The notes beneath the pieces were generated by a model. That model saw only the letters and a list, made by a program, of their open reading frames with translations, did not search any database and was not told the DNA's origin. From NCBI GenBank assembly GCA_019828565.1, contig JAHDYR010000064.1:372001-436000 (forward strand): a stretch of 64,000 nucleotides of DNA. The letters are read 5' to 3'. A program made the position numbers and the translations under genes. This document shows, piece by piece, positions 43,163 to 53,368 of the stretch (its first letter is position 1; each line of letters begins with the position of its first letter). The stretch is from Carpediemonas membranifera BICM (Eukaryota; Protista; Fornicata).

Positions 43163-43901
43163 AGTCTAAGCGTCTCTCCGATATTTGTGACGAAGTTCCA
43201 CATCATCAGACTGGAATTATGTCTCTCCTTGCGAGACCAGGTTCATTCTCGACTTGCAGTTTAAGACCAATCAAAATCACAAAATGATTGCGCGAAAAAA
43301 AAAGACAGTCTTCTTCGACTAGCTCGAATTCAAGTGAAGTTTCATGTTCTTTTGTGTTTGATCACACAAATACTGCCTCCGGGTAGTTTTTAGATCCAAC
43401 CGAATTTTTCAGACCGGGTACTCCTTTCCTCGACTTGTTCTTGGAAATGTCCCCTGAGGTTGCCGCAGCATTGCACCCCCCGCCGTGTGCGGCCTCGCTA
43501 TCTAACAACATCAACATATGAGCCATTTCATGCGGTCAGGCAAGCTCTGCAGCCACCCTGTGAGTTGATAGGTTCACAGGATCAATTCGAGCATGCCACG
43601 CCCTGAGCTGTGCCATGGCACCCGAGAATCAATGTTTGTTGCACAATATGACGTACTTCCCCGTTCCCTGTTTACAGTGACTCACTTTGACATGGTTCGC
43701 AGTGAAGCTTTGGCGCGAGGCAATCCTCCGGCGGACGCTTCTCAAGATGTCAAATTGAGAAATAAGAATGATTAAACTGGCTACTCACAGTCTGACTACT
43801 TCCTGAAGCTTCCTAAAGCTGTCTCGTGAACGAGTCAGTGGCCGCGCAGGATAGCCGTGCACTATAACTAAGTTCGTTCAACCACTACCATCAAGCCAAT
43901 C

Positions 43902-44168
43902 ATGATTGGAAGCAAGCCCAAAGGACCAGGATATAGAAAGGGAGTTATTCACGTTGACACAGCGACGCTCATTGCAAATGGGGCCGAGTACCATGATTCC
44001 AGCGCTCCTATGCCGGAGCCGGTACAACTGAGTGAACCAAACCCTTCTACGCCAGTAGGACGGCATCCTCCGTCGAAGATGAAGCACATCCCCAGAAGCG
44101 AGCTTCTCCAGATGCCCGGCGTGTCGGAACACGACATGCACGGCGAGGATGCCCAACAACCGAAGTAA
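43902..44168 (+). CDS. Possible small hypothetical protein
   Basis: 88-aa ATG ORF followed by a TAAA-type signal; no recognised motif. Confidence 0.35.
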   Translation: MIGSKPKGPGYRKGVIHVDTATLIANGAEYHDSSAPMPEPVQLSEPNPSTPVGRHPPSKMKHIPRSELLQMPGVSEHDMHGEDAQQPK

Positions 44169-44396
44169 ACTAAACGCTCACACCGTGACGTGTGACGACG
44201 AGGCTGATGGATGTGCCTGCCATATCTTGTACTCTCCTTTCACCCTTTCATTGTCAGGTCACGTTTATACACGGCACCTCGGCACCGGCGACGAATACTG
44301 GCAAGAGTACCCTCGTACACATCAAGCAAGCCTCTCTGAGACACCGGCCAGCTGTTGACGATTGTTGACCAGGGTGCATGTGCCGCCTGACAGCCG

Positions 44397-45230
44397 ATGA
44401 GCGAAAACGTCAACATGTCTAACCGTGGCCTGGACCACGTTAAAAACATCATATCCATCGTCTCTGGTAAGGGAGGTGTTGGTAAGAGCAGTATAACAAC
44501 GAACCTGGCGGTCAGTCTTGCACAGCGCGGGTTGAAGGTCGGAATCGCGGATGTTGACATCAACGGCCCTAGTGTTGCGGCCATGATGTCCATCCCGTCG
44601 GATCAGGCTGCTGCCGGCGTCGAGGTGGAGGATGGGCTTCTCCTTTCCCCGTTCACGTCCCCGCACAGCGGCGTCGCGGTGGCCAGCATGGGCTCGTTTG
44701 TTCAGCCCGGCACACCGCTCATGTGGCGCGGGCCGATGCTAGGATCGGCCACTAAGCAGCTGCTGACCCAGGTGGCGTGGGACGACCTGGACTACCTCTT
44801 GCTGGACTCCCCGCCTGGCACCAGCGACATCATGATGGTCGTTAATGACTCCGCCCAGCTCAACGGCGGCATTGTCGTGACTACACCGCAGCGCGTGGCG
44901 TGGGACGATGCGTCCCGGTCCATTGAGATGCTGCGGCAGCTTAAGGTCCCTGTGCTCGGCGTCGTCGACAACATGGCCTCCTTCGAGTGCCCCAAGTGCG
45001 GCCACAATGAGGACATCTTCGGCGACTCCTCCCTCATCGAGCAGGCGGCCTCTGAGGAAGACTTCGACATCCTCGCCAAGATCCCCCTCATACGCCAGAT
45101 CAGGGACGCCGGTGATGCCGGGAAGCCCGTTGTGCTATCTGACAAGCGCATGCAGGAGCTCTTCGGGGAGCTGGCTGAGCGCGTGATCGAAAGAACAAAC
45201 CTGGGCCTGCTCGGTGTTCTCCGCGACTGA
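44397..45230 (+). CDS. Mrp/NBP35-family P-loop Fe-S scaffold lacking the N-terminal cluster domain
   Basis: SGKGGVGKS, DVDINGPS, WRGPM, DSPPGTSD, VTTPQ, CPKC. Confidence 0.9.
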   Translation: MSENVNMSNRGLDHVKNIISIVSGKGGVGKSSITTNLAVSLAQRGLKVGIADVDINGPSVAAMMSIPSDQAAAGVEVEDGLLLSPFTSPHSGVAVASMGSFVQPGTPLMWRGPMLGSATKQLLTQVAWDDLDYLLLDSPPGTSDIMMVVNDSAQLNGGIVVTTPQRVAWDDASRSIEMLRQLKVPVLGVVDNMASFECPKCGHNEDIFGDSSLIEQAASEEDFDILAKIPLIRQIRDAGDAGKPVVLSDKRMQELFGELAERVIERTNLGLLGVLRD

Positions 45231-45516
45231 GGTCAGCGATAGGAATAAAAGAGAGCTCTCGGCGTGCTCCGATCGTTGAGCACTGTCGCGACCAACTGTG
45301 GCCCGGCAGATCAGATGATTTTTGACGCTTTCATTTCCACCGCCTGCGTCGTCTGTGCACTCAATGACACAACCGGGGCTCTTTGTACACAACGAATCCT
45401 CTTCCAAACTTAATTTATCATCGTCGTCGATGATTGAGCGCGATTCCTCCTCCAAACTGAACAGGACATCGTCATCCATACTGATTGAGCGAGAATTTGT
45501 TACAAACGAGGCTATC

Positions 45517-46788
45517 ATGGACCAATCCAGCGCCCTGGAAAGGTTCCGGGCTCTCTTTACTGAGGGACATGAGGAGCCGGCCTATATGCGTCCGTACCTG
45601 TACATGCACTTCCTCGGATTCCTCTCGGACCAGCCGTCCTACTGGAAGGACGAGATCGAGCCCCACAGGGCACTCTGGGGCGACATACTCTCTCAGCATG
45701 AGGCCAACCTCCGTATAAGCCGCCGCCACGGGGCAGACCCGTCCCACGTCGTTCCGACCGATACAAAGTACCAGCTCGAGGCCGTTGAAGCCTCCATGGA
45801 GCTCGTGCAGAAGGACCTGCTCCGTCTATTCGCCGGCGATGAGTACTTCAAGACGGCCAAGTTCACGGGCGACGTGACCCAGATCCTGACGATGCACAGT
45901 GTGTACGGCGCGTACCACATTGACGAGCACAACCAGGACTGGGCGTACAGGCAGGGCTACCACGTCATGGCGTCTGTGGTCTACTTCCTCGTGCACCACA
46001 GCCGCTCGGTCATCCAGGAGCACGGGACGCCCCTCGCGAAAGCCCTCATCGGCGACGAGGAGAATCTGGTCAAGGACACGTTCATCATATTCAGACGGCT
46101 CGTGAGGATGCTGGACTGCTTCTACAACCACGACAGTGCGGGCTCAGCGTCTAACCTCGACGAGGAGTGCCATAACATGCTCATGGTCATCCAGTCGGAC
46201 GAGGCGCTCTTCGCAAAGATGAAGGAGCCCGCGGGCTACGAGCCATCCATCTTCCTGAACAAGTGGTTCCGCCTGATGTTTGCGTACCAGATGTCGATAC
46301 CGAGCACCGTACTGCTGTGGGACTACATCCTCGCCAGCAGTATCACTAACATGGCCGAACCCCTCATCATGGTCCGATTTATAGCTGCTGCCCTCCTCCG
46401 GAAACACCGTACGACCATCCTGGAGGCCGAGGACGGCGAGCTCATCGAGTTCCTCAGCAGGTCGCCTGCACTCAGCGACGCAGAGGCGTTCGGCCTCATG
46501 AACGACGCCGAGCACCTCTCCCGTCGGTACACGCTGCCCCAGCTGCCCGTGGCCGACTCCCCAGCCATGACGCCGAAGAAGAAGCGCGGGTCGACCAACT
46601 CTGCGCTGCCGTCCAAGTGCTCAAACTGTGGCCAACTGGACGGGGCAACCGTCAGGGCGGACGACCTGATGTCTCAGGCGCTGCCGCTGCTGTACGAGGT
46701 CATGGAGGACGGTGACCGCCGGGCCGAGCTCATCATCGGTCTGCTGTGCCAAGCCCGGGACGCCCTCGACAACGCCGGGATACACTGA
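45517..46788 (+). CDS. TBC-domain Rab GTPase-activating protein
   Basis: VQKDLLR (arginine finger), YRQGYH (glutamine finger), KWFRLMF, LLWD. Confidence 0.85.
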   Translation: MDQSSALERFRALFTEGHEEPAYMRPYLYMHFLGFLSDQPSYWKDEIEPHRALWGDILSQHEANLRISRRHGADPSHVVPTDTKYQLEAVEASMELVQKDLLRLFAGDEYFKTAKFTGDVTQILTMHSVYGAYHIDEHNQDWAYRQGYHVMASVVYFLVHHSRSVIQEHGTPLAKALIGDEENLVKDTFIIFRRLVRMLDCFYNHDSAGSASNLDEECHNMLMVIQSDEALFAKMKEPAGYEPSIFLNKWFRLMFAYQMSIPSTVLLWDYILASSITNMAEPLIMVRFIAAALLRKHRTTILEAEDGELIEFLSRSPALSDAEAFGLMNDAEHLSRRYTLPQLPVADSPAMTPKKKRGSTNSALPSKCSNCGQLDGATVRADDLMSQALPLLYEVMEDGDRRAELIIGLLCQARDALDNAGIH

Positions 46789-46929
46789 GCACCGGGCATT
46801 GTTTCATAAAGTCGTCGCCTGGGGTGAGTCGAAGCGTTGAGTGCCTTGCCGTGTTGCTGGGGTTTGGACTTTTCTGGGATCGATCATTTTGATTAGAATT
46901 TCGCACTTTTGTCTGCGATTTCTGACGAA

Positions 46930-48036
46930 ATGTCAACGTTCCTGACGGAGGGCATGCAATCAGATTCCGATTCCACACACGAACAAACCTATGGGAACTC
47001 GATTGGTGGCGAGCAGAGCGCCATTCATGCAATGCAGCAGGAGGAGCAGACGTTTGATGGGATTTGGGACCGTTTCCACGATGATTTCAAGGACTACATG
47101 AACTCATTGAAAAATCAGGCTGAAACTCATCTCAGTGAACGCTATAACGAGCGTCTGGCCAACAAGGACAAGGAGATTGACCAGTGCAAGGGCCTGATCG
47201 GCCAGCTGGACCAAAAGTGCTCCATGCTCGTCGACCAGCTCCGGAAAATGTACGAGTCGAGGGCTGCTGCTGCCTCGTTTGCTGCCACTGTTCGTGAACG
47301 CGAGAGACAGCGCGCGGCGTGCATTTCTGCTCTCCGTGGATGGCGCCAGTGGGCTCGCGCTTCTGCACACCAGCGGCATGCCGTTCGCATTGTTCGCGAT
47401 GCTGTATCCGTCCGCGTCAAGCGCGAGGCATACTGCCATTGGCTTGGCGAGGCCTTCTCGGCCTACAGGGCTCGGGTCCGCTCAGAGCGGGAGGCGACGG
47501 TCATCACCATTCGCCAGACAATCGAGGCCGAGCTCCACGACGACATGAACGCCATCAAGGCAGAGGCGGCCCGGCTGAAACAGGAGAACGCTATGCTCCT
47601 CCAGGCCCAGCAGGATCTGCAATCTGGCGTCCGCCAGGCCTTCCTCAGGGGCGCTTCGACACTCCGCATGGAAGCCCTCAACGCCTTTGGGGCAGACCTG
47701 ACCGCGACGGATGATAACATGGGCTTCCTGGACATCAGCCAGCCGGTGCCCCGCGCCCCCGTTGAGCCCGAGGGCGAGGACGACGCCCCCTCGGCGCCCG
47801 TTGTGGAGGAAGCGCAGGTCGCACCGTCTGCGCCATTTGTCTCTGTGCCCGCTGAGGCGGCGAGGACGAGGCCACACACCGCACAGCCACGCCGGGCCGT
47901 GGACGAGACGAGGCGGACGAAGCCCGTTGTTGCCCGGATGCCGGGTACTGTTAGGCGGGGCGGGTCCTGCAGTGCTGGGACAGCCGTCAACACTGCCGAG
48001 ATGAAGGCGCGCGTGAAGGTGACGCGCGGAGACTAG
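46930..48036 (+). CDS. POC5: Centriolar protein POC5-like
   Basis: Trp-containing Sfi1-like repeats and AFLRGASTLRMEA resembling the POC5 box. Confidence 0.65.
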   Translation: MSTFLTEGMQSDSDSTHEQTYGNSIGGEQSAIHAMQQEEQTFDGIWDRFHDDFKDYMNSLKNQAETHLSERYNERLANKDKEIDQCKGLIGQLDQKCSMLVDQLRKMYESRAAAASFAATVRERERQRAACISALRGWRQWARASAHQRHAVRIVRDAVSVRVKREAYCHWLGEAFSAYRARVRSEREATVITIRQTIEAELHDDMNAIKAEAARLKQENAMLLQAQQDLQSGVRQAFLRGASTLRMEALNAFGADLTATDDNMGFLDISQPVPRAPVEPEGEDDAPSAPVVEEAQVAPSAPFVSVPAEAARTRPHTAQPRRAVDETRRTKPVVARMPGTVRRGGSCSAGTAVNTAEMKARVKVTRGD

Positions 48037-48181
48037 CTGTTAAATATATCCTTGCTCTGGTGAGATGCGCGACTAGTGAGTTTAGTGTGAGGGGTGACTA
48101 TATTTGTCTGCTCCCGGATTGCGAGGTCCTCGAGTGGAGTGCTAAACTGCGAACGCTGGAATTCTCAGTATCTCTGCAACG

Positions 48182-48944
48182 ATGGAACTAGATGCACCAG
48201 TGGAGGTCGCTGCTGCTGCGACTACCGGAACTACCGCTGCTGCAACTGAAGCTGTTGCCGTGACGGGCTCAGCGATGGATGGCGTGAAGAAGGTATTCAA
48301 ATTCTTGCTAGCGCTCGTTAGGAAGACTGAACACCCGTTTGTCATTGTGTTCCACATAATATTCAAGCTTATTGCCCTTCTTGTGTACGTTCTCGTTGAT
48401 ATTTTCGAGACTTTTGTGCCCTTCAGCTCAAAACTGTTTGTAGCCGCCTTATCCACTCTCATCCAGCGTTTCAGAGTCAAACACCTTCATTTTCACATTC
48501 ATAGCTGTTGTTATCTTCTGTGCTACCGACTTCTGGGTCGTCAAGAACGTCTCTGGCCGCATCCTCGTCGGGATGCGCTGGTGGTCCACTCTCGACGCCA
48601 AGGGCAACCAGATCTGGCGTTTCGAGTCCTTCCGTGCGTATGGTGTGGACAAGTCGATGAACGTCTTCGAGGTCGCGCTGTTCTGGTCCGTGATGCTGGT
48701 GACCCCCATGGCGTGGGCCGTCCTCTTCGTGCTCTCCCTCATCAGGCTCAAGCTCATCTGTGTCCTCTGCCTGGTCGCCATCGTGCTCGGCGTCGCCAAT
48801 CTTATCGGCTATGTCCGCTGCCAGAAGGACGCAAGAGGCGTAGTCACCAGCTTTGTTAAGAGAACTGGCCGTGCTGCCGGCGCACAGGCCGCCCGCAAGT
48901 ACATCGAGCACCAGTTCCGCGAACTGAACGAGGACGAGGTGTGA
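48182..48944 (+). CDS. TVP23: Golgi membrane protein TVP23; intron 48436-48466
   Basis: HP..FHIIFK; after splicing DFWVVKNVSGRILVGMRWW, WRFES, ANLIGY. Confidence 0.9.
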
Positions 48945-49183
48945 TGTAAATAAAATAACCCTGCGACGGGAAAGGCAGGTTGAGCGTGATCACAATAATC
49001 TCGTAAGGATCTGAGTGAGACTCAGTCACGATGGAATTGACGCATCTCTTAGTTAAGCTGCCGCCGACCGGTGTTCAGTCGGTCTCTGCACCCGTCCTGA
49101 CCTTCCATCCTGACTCACACGTGACTCTGACTGCCGTTGACGGCGGTGCAGCCTAAGAACAAACATCTTTTGCATCGCTCGCC

Positions 49184-50134
49184 ATGGCAGGATTAGACGA
49201 CATCTTGTTTGGCGCCCGCTTATGGGTAACGATCATCTTTGGCTCACTTAATGTCGTCTTCCTGATTGCTCTTCTTATTGCCATGCGACGCGCAAAGTCC
49301 TCCCTGTTCAGGAACCGCTATTACGATAGATTGACTTTCCTGCTATCTCTAGATCCCTTTATGACCGTGTGCTACGTCGCCATGGCTCTTCTGAACTTCT
49401 TTGACACGATTGTGTGGCCCGAACACTGGTTCTTCACCAGCAACATGAGTCCAATTACCAAATACCCGTATATGGTCATTCACGACATCGCATCGGGCTT
49501 CACATACGCCCAGTACCTCTACCTGTTCTTCATCGCGCTCTCTCTGGTCCAGACTGTGACCCGGTCCCCCGAGGACGTCACGCCCCCGCCACTCAAGCTC
49601 GCCTACCCCTGGTGGCAGCACCTCATCGTCATCTTAGCCACGCCAGTCGTCATTTTGACCAAGTTCGTGGACCATACGCAGGTGGAGGTGGGCGACGTCA
49701 CGCTGTTCCACCACTGGTTCGGGCCCGGACTCCTCGTCCGAACCCTGTACGCCCTGGCCATCATCGCCGCCATCACCATCTGCTACTTTTACAGCCTCGT
49801 CAAGATGCTCAAGAACCGCGGCAACGGGGGGTCCGACGACTACGTCAAGCACATCCGCCGCACGTTCTCCCTCTTCACCATCCTGTTCGCTGTGGAGATC
49901 ATCATCATGCTCTCCTCCCTGGCTGTACTGACGCCCATGCTCATAGTGGGCCACGCCGTCGTCCACTCGCACCTGTGGAACACGGGTTTCGCCCTCGTCG
50001 ACATCGGCTACACATTCCTGGTCTGTTGGCGCGGTGTGTTCGTTGCGTTGCTCCACATTGCCCGGACTGCCCCCATCAAGCGGTGGATCCGAGACAAACT
50101 GCACAAGAGCGATGAGGATTACGCTTATTTCTGA
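49184..50134 (+). CDS. Putative seven-transmembrane (GPCR-like) protein
   Basis: About 7 hydrophobic helices over 316 aa with a basic loop between TM5 and TM6. Confidence 0.55.
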   Translation: MAGLDDILFGARLWVTIIFGSLNVVFLIALLIAMRRAKSSLFRNRYYDRLTFLLSLDPFMTVCYVAMALLNFFDTIVWPEHWFFTSNMSPITKYPYMVIHDIASGFTYAQYLYLFFIALSLVQTVTRSPEDVTPPPLKLAYPWWQHLIVILATPVVILTKFVDHTQVEVGDVTLFHHWFGPGLLVRTLYALAIIAAITICYFYSLVKMLKNRGNGGSDDYVKHIRRTFSLFTILFAVEIIIMLSSLAVLTPMLIVGHAVVHSHLWNTGFALVDIGYTFLVCWRGVFVALLHIARTAPIKRWIRDKLHKSDEDYAYF

Positions 50135-50416
50135 GGCCGATAAAGATTAACCGTTACCTCTCTGGCATGTTGGGTCAGGCATGGAACAGGGTACTAGGGC
50201 ATCAGTGCCCTCTATGGGGGGGGGTTAGACGACTGTTCTCTGAGTTTGGTCCTGCTGATTTTATGAAGAATCTTGAGAAGACGATTTTACTACCGACCTA
50301 AGATGAGAGGAGGAGGCAGACATGGCGGTATAGCGTTGTATTAAGCGCTTGGTTGTCCCTTCCGTCCACAAAAGGCTGTGCCTTATCCTGCCAAAAATCG
50401 CAACAACTCTCTGAAC

Positions 50417-51899
50417 ATGGCTGGTTTGTCTCGATGCGCTCCATAGATCTCACTTAGTCGACGAAACATTGTTTGGATATACGGTAAAGCGGGAAGCCGC
50501 TGACGCAACCACTGCCGTTGTGTCCCTGGATGATTATCGCCGCATGCGTGGTGTTGCAACCTCCATACAATCAGCCTCGAAGAACGATGCCCTTGAGCGC
50601 CGCCAAAAGTCGAAGGAGAAGGCTGCCAAGTGGAACAACACGATTTCTGGCCTTCAGAAACAGCGGCTTGCCGACCGCCAGCGCCGCATCGAGGAGGAAG
50701 AGGAGCGCAAGCGCGAACTCGACCGCGAGATGGAGCTTCTTGCTATGAAGGAGCACGCCGAGACTATCCAGCGTGCTCGGGACGTCATCAACGACCAGGA
50801 TGACCGCATCCAGGCCTTCAAACGGGCCTCGGACGTCTCCAAGTGCCTCGACACCGTCGGAATCCAGCTCGCAGAAAAGCAGGCCCGTGCCAAGGCCGAG
50901 AAGGAGGAGGACCAGCGCTGGGCAACCCATCTTAAGGCCCAGGAAGAGGCTGAGAAGGCTGACGATGCCCGTAAGGCCGAGGAGAGGTGCAAGGCCGCGC
51001 TAGAGCTGAAGAAGACCCGCATCGAGCAGCTCGAGGAGAAGCGCCGTGGCCTGGACGAGGAGGCCGCCCAGGACCGCATGGAGGGCGAGATAATTGCCGC
51101 CGAGGCCCGCCAGGACGAAGAGGCCGAGATCGAGCGGGTCGCCGAACAGAGACGGCGCGCCCTGGTCGTCAACAAGGAGAACACGCAGGTCTGGGAGGAC
51201 CAGGCCCGCCGCAAGCAGGCCGACCGTGCGGCCGACGCTGAGTCGCTCGTGATGGCGGATGAGCTGACTGTCTGGGGAGACCACATCGAGGCCGCCAAGA
51301 AGAAGTCCGAGCAGCGCTACGTTGACGCTGCCGTTGCCCGGCGTGAGCAGACATACGGAAAGCTCGCCCGGCACCTCCAGGAACAGACGACGTCGTTCGA
51401 ACGGAAGCTTGAGGTCGAGGAGCGCGAGGCCGAGGAGAAGTTCGTCAACGAGGAGGCCGCCAAGAAGGCACGGCAGCTTGAGATGCAGCAGATGTGCGAC
51501 CGGCAGCGGCGGCTGCAGATGAAGCGGGCCGAGGAGGTCGCCGCCCGGGAACGCAGGATAGCCGAGAGCATGAAGCAGAACCTCGACAAGAACATCGCCG
51601 AGCTGAGGGCCGCGGAGAAGCAGGAGCTGATGGACAAGTACCGTCAGGCCAAGGAGCTTTCGATCCACCAGCGGAAGGAGGCCGTCCGCCAGAGGGCCGC
51701 CAAGAAAAATGCCCGGGCCCAGGAGGTCCAGCGATACGAGGCTATGGCCCAGGCCGTCGCTGCGGACGAGAAGGAGTTCATCGAGCGGTACGAGAGCGAC
51801 CTGCTGGCCCGGCGGGACAAGGGAGAGAACGTCGACCCGCTCGCACTGGCACTCGGGAAAATGAAGGTCAAGAGCCAGAAGCTCGAGAGCACGATGTAA
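50417..51899 (+). CDS. Trichoplein/TPH-domain ciliary protein, CFAP210 (CCDC173)-like; intron 50424-50457
   Basis: SKEKAAKWNNTI motif, long E/R/K coiled coil; 34-nt intron supplies an ATG in frame. Confidence 0.7.
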
Positions 51900-52002
51900 A
51901 TACTCACTACAGCGGCGTGGGGGTCGGTGCTGGCCAACTGTAGCGTGCAACTGTGTCTCAATCGATGCATTGAGCTGGCAGTTTAAAGCAAGACAACTTG
52001 TG

Positions 52003-53307
52003 AAGGGTCGAACCGAACAATGTGTTTATACTGCGCAGCACTGCCCTGTCTCCCTCCTACTCACGTCTTAAGTCGGTAGGGAGATCGTCTTCTCCAGGGC
52101 TTCCACAAAGCGTCTTCTTCGAAAATAATGCCGAGGCTCCGCCCGCGCCGGATCCTGATTACCCGAGTGGCGGCAGGTCCGGGCGGCCCATGAGCCAGCC
52201 ACCTTGGCGGCCGATGACGATTAGCTGGGCCATCCTAACCACGATCGCGGTGGCCTCGACGCAGTTGCCGTCGACTGTGAGTCTCGCAGTTGTCGCGCCA
52301 ATTACTAGCAGCGGCTTGCTGTCAACCGTAAACAGCTCTGGGGGGACAGGGATGCTTGTGATCTTGAGCCGCGCCCGGTTGGCCTCGGCCTCCGATAGCA
52401 GCAACGAACAGTCTGCCCCCGAGTCCGGGTCAATCATACGCTCTACCGACGACAGGGTGACCCGTGTGGGGTCAACCCAACTCACAGGGCTTGGCTGATT
52501 GGGACTGGGCGTGGGGTTGGTCGGGGCCGATGACAAGTATCTAGAGGGTTTATAAGACCCTCCGCCATGGTTGCGGTACTTCTTCTGCTGACCCCCCATC
52601 AGCTTGGCCTCCGCCCGTGCCAGCTTCTCCTTGATTGCCGCGATCTGCCGCTTGGCCTGGGCGAGTTCCCTTTCGGCCTTCTCGGCCCTGATGACCCTAG
52701 CAGGCTTCTTCGGGGCCCACATGGTGGGGCTCGCGAGGGCGACGTCGCCGCGCAGTTTGGCGACAGTCGAATCGAAGTCGACGCGCTAAGGATGGCGGCT
52801 TCTGCCGGAAGAACGTCCAAGATGGACAGGAGATGGCTGAGGAGGTGGTTGGCAGTATCCCCCTCCACAAACTCAGCGAGTTCCTCAAATGGGCGCACGA
52901 TCTTCTCGAACTGCGCCGCGGACGGCTGCCCTTCGCCGTGGTGGCGCTTGAGGGCATAGATTGCCCGGAGTTGCTTGTCCGTTGTACCGTAGAGGTACTT
53001 GGTCATGGCTTTGGTCAGCGAATTGAACTCCTTTGCCACCGCTGTGCGGTGCGCTTCGTTCACGGCAGCGTCTGGTTCGGCCTTGCCCAGCGTCTCAATC
53101 CCCTCGTCAACCCATGCCTTCAGCTCACTGTGAGCCAGCATGAGCTGGATCACGTCGCGGTCGATCAGGGACACGGCGTGGACGGCACTTTCGGCGGTTT
53201 TGACGTACAAGGCGCCGTCCCTCGTAAACTTCTTAACCTCGGCGAGGCTGAGACCCTTCAAGGAGGGTGTTTCGCTCATGTTTAGAAGAATGTTTATACT
53301 GCACAAC
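52003..53307 (-). mobile_element. Element B: gag-like plus aspartic protease element sharing ends with element A
   Basis: ACAACTTGTG at 51993-52002 and 53308-53317; TGTTTATACTGC repeat at both ends; 106-bp end shared with element A. Confidence 0.8.
52159..53279 (-). CDS. Gag-like/retropepsin polyprotein, split by a one-base frame break near 52787
   Basis: ATG at 53279; frame change at CTTAGCGC; C-terminal MIDPDSGADCSLL and LIVIGRQ retroviral-type aspartic protease motifs. The gag call is positional inference; no CCHC knuckle seen. Confidence 0.65.
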
Positions 53308-53368
53308 ACAACTTGTGCTATTGAAGCAAATATGACACTGGACGATTTTGGGGACCCAGACAGGTTCA

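Noticed and set aside
52022-52498. Plus-strand ORF sharing an N-terminus (MFxLRxTALSPSYSRLKSVGR) with ORF 38225-38869
   Set aside because: The shared peptide is just the translated 106-bp element end with a GTG start; the real coding signal here is the minus-strand protease
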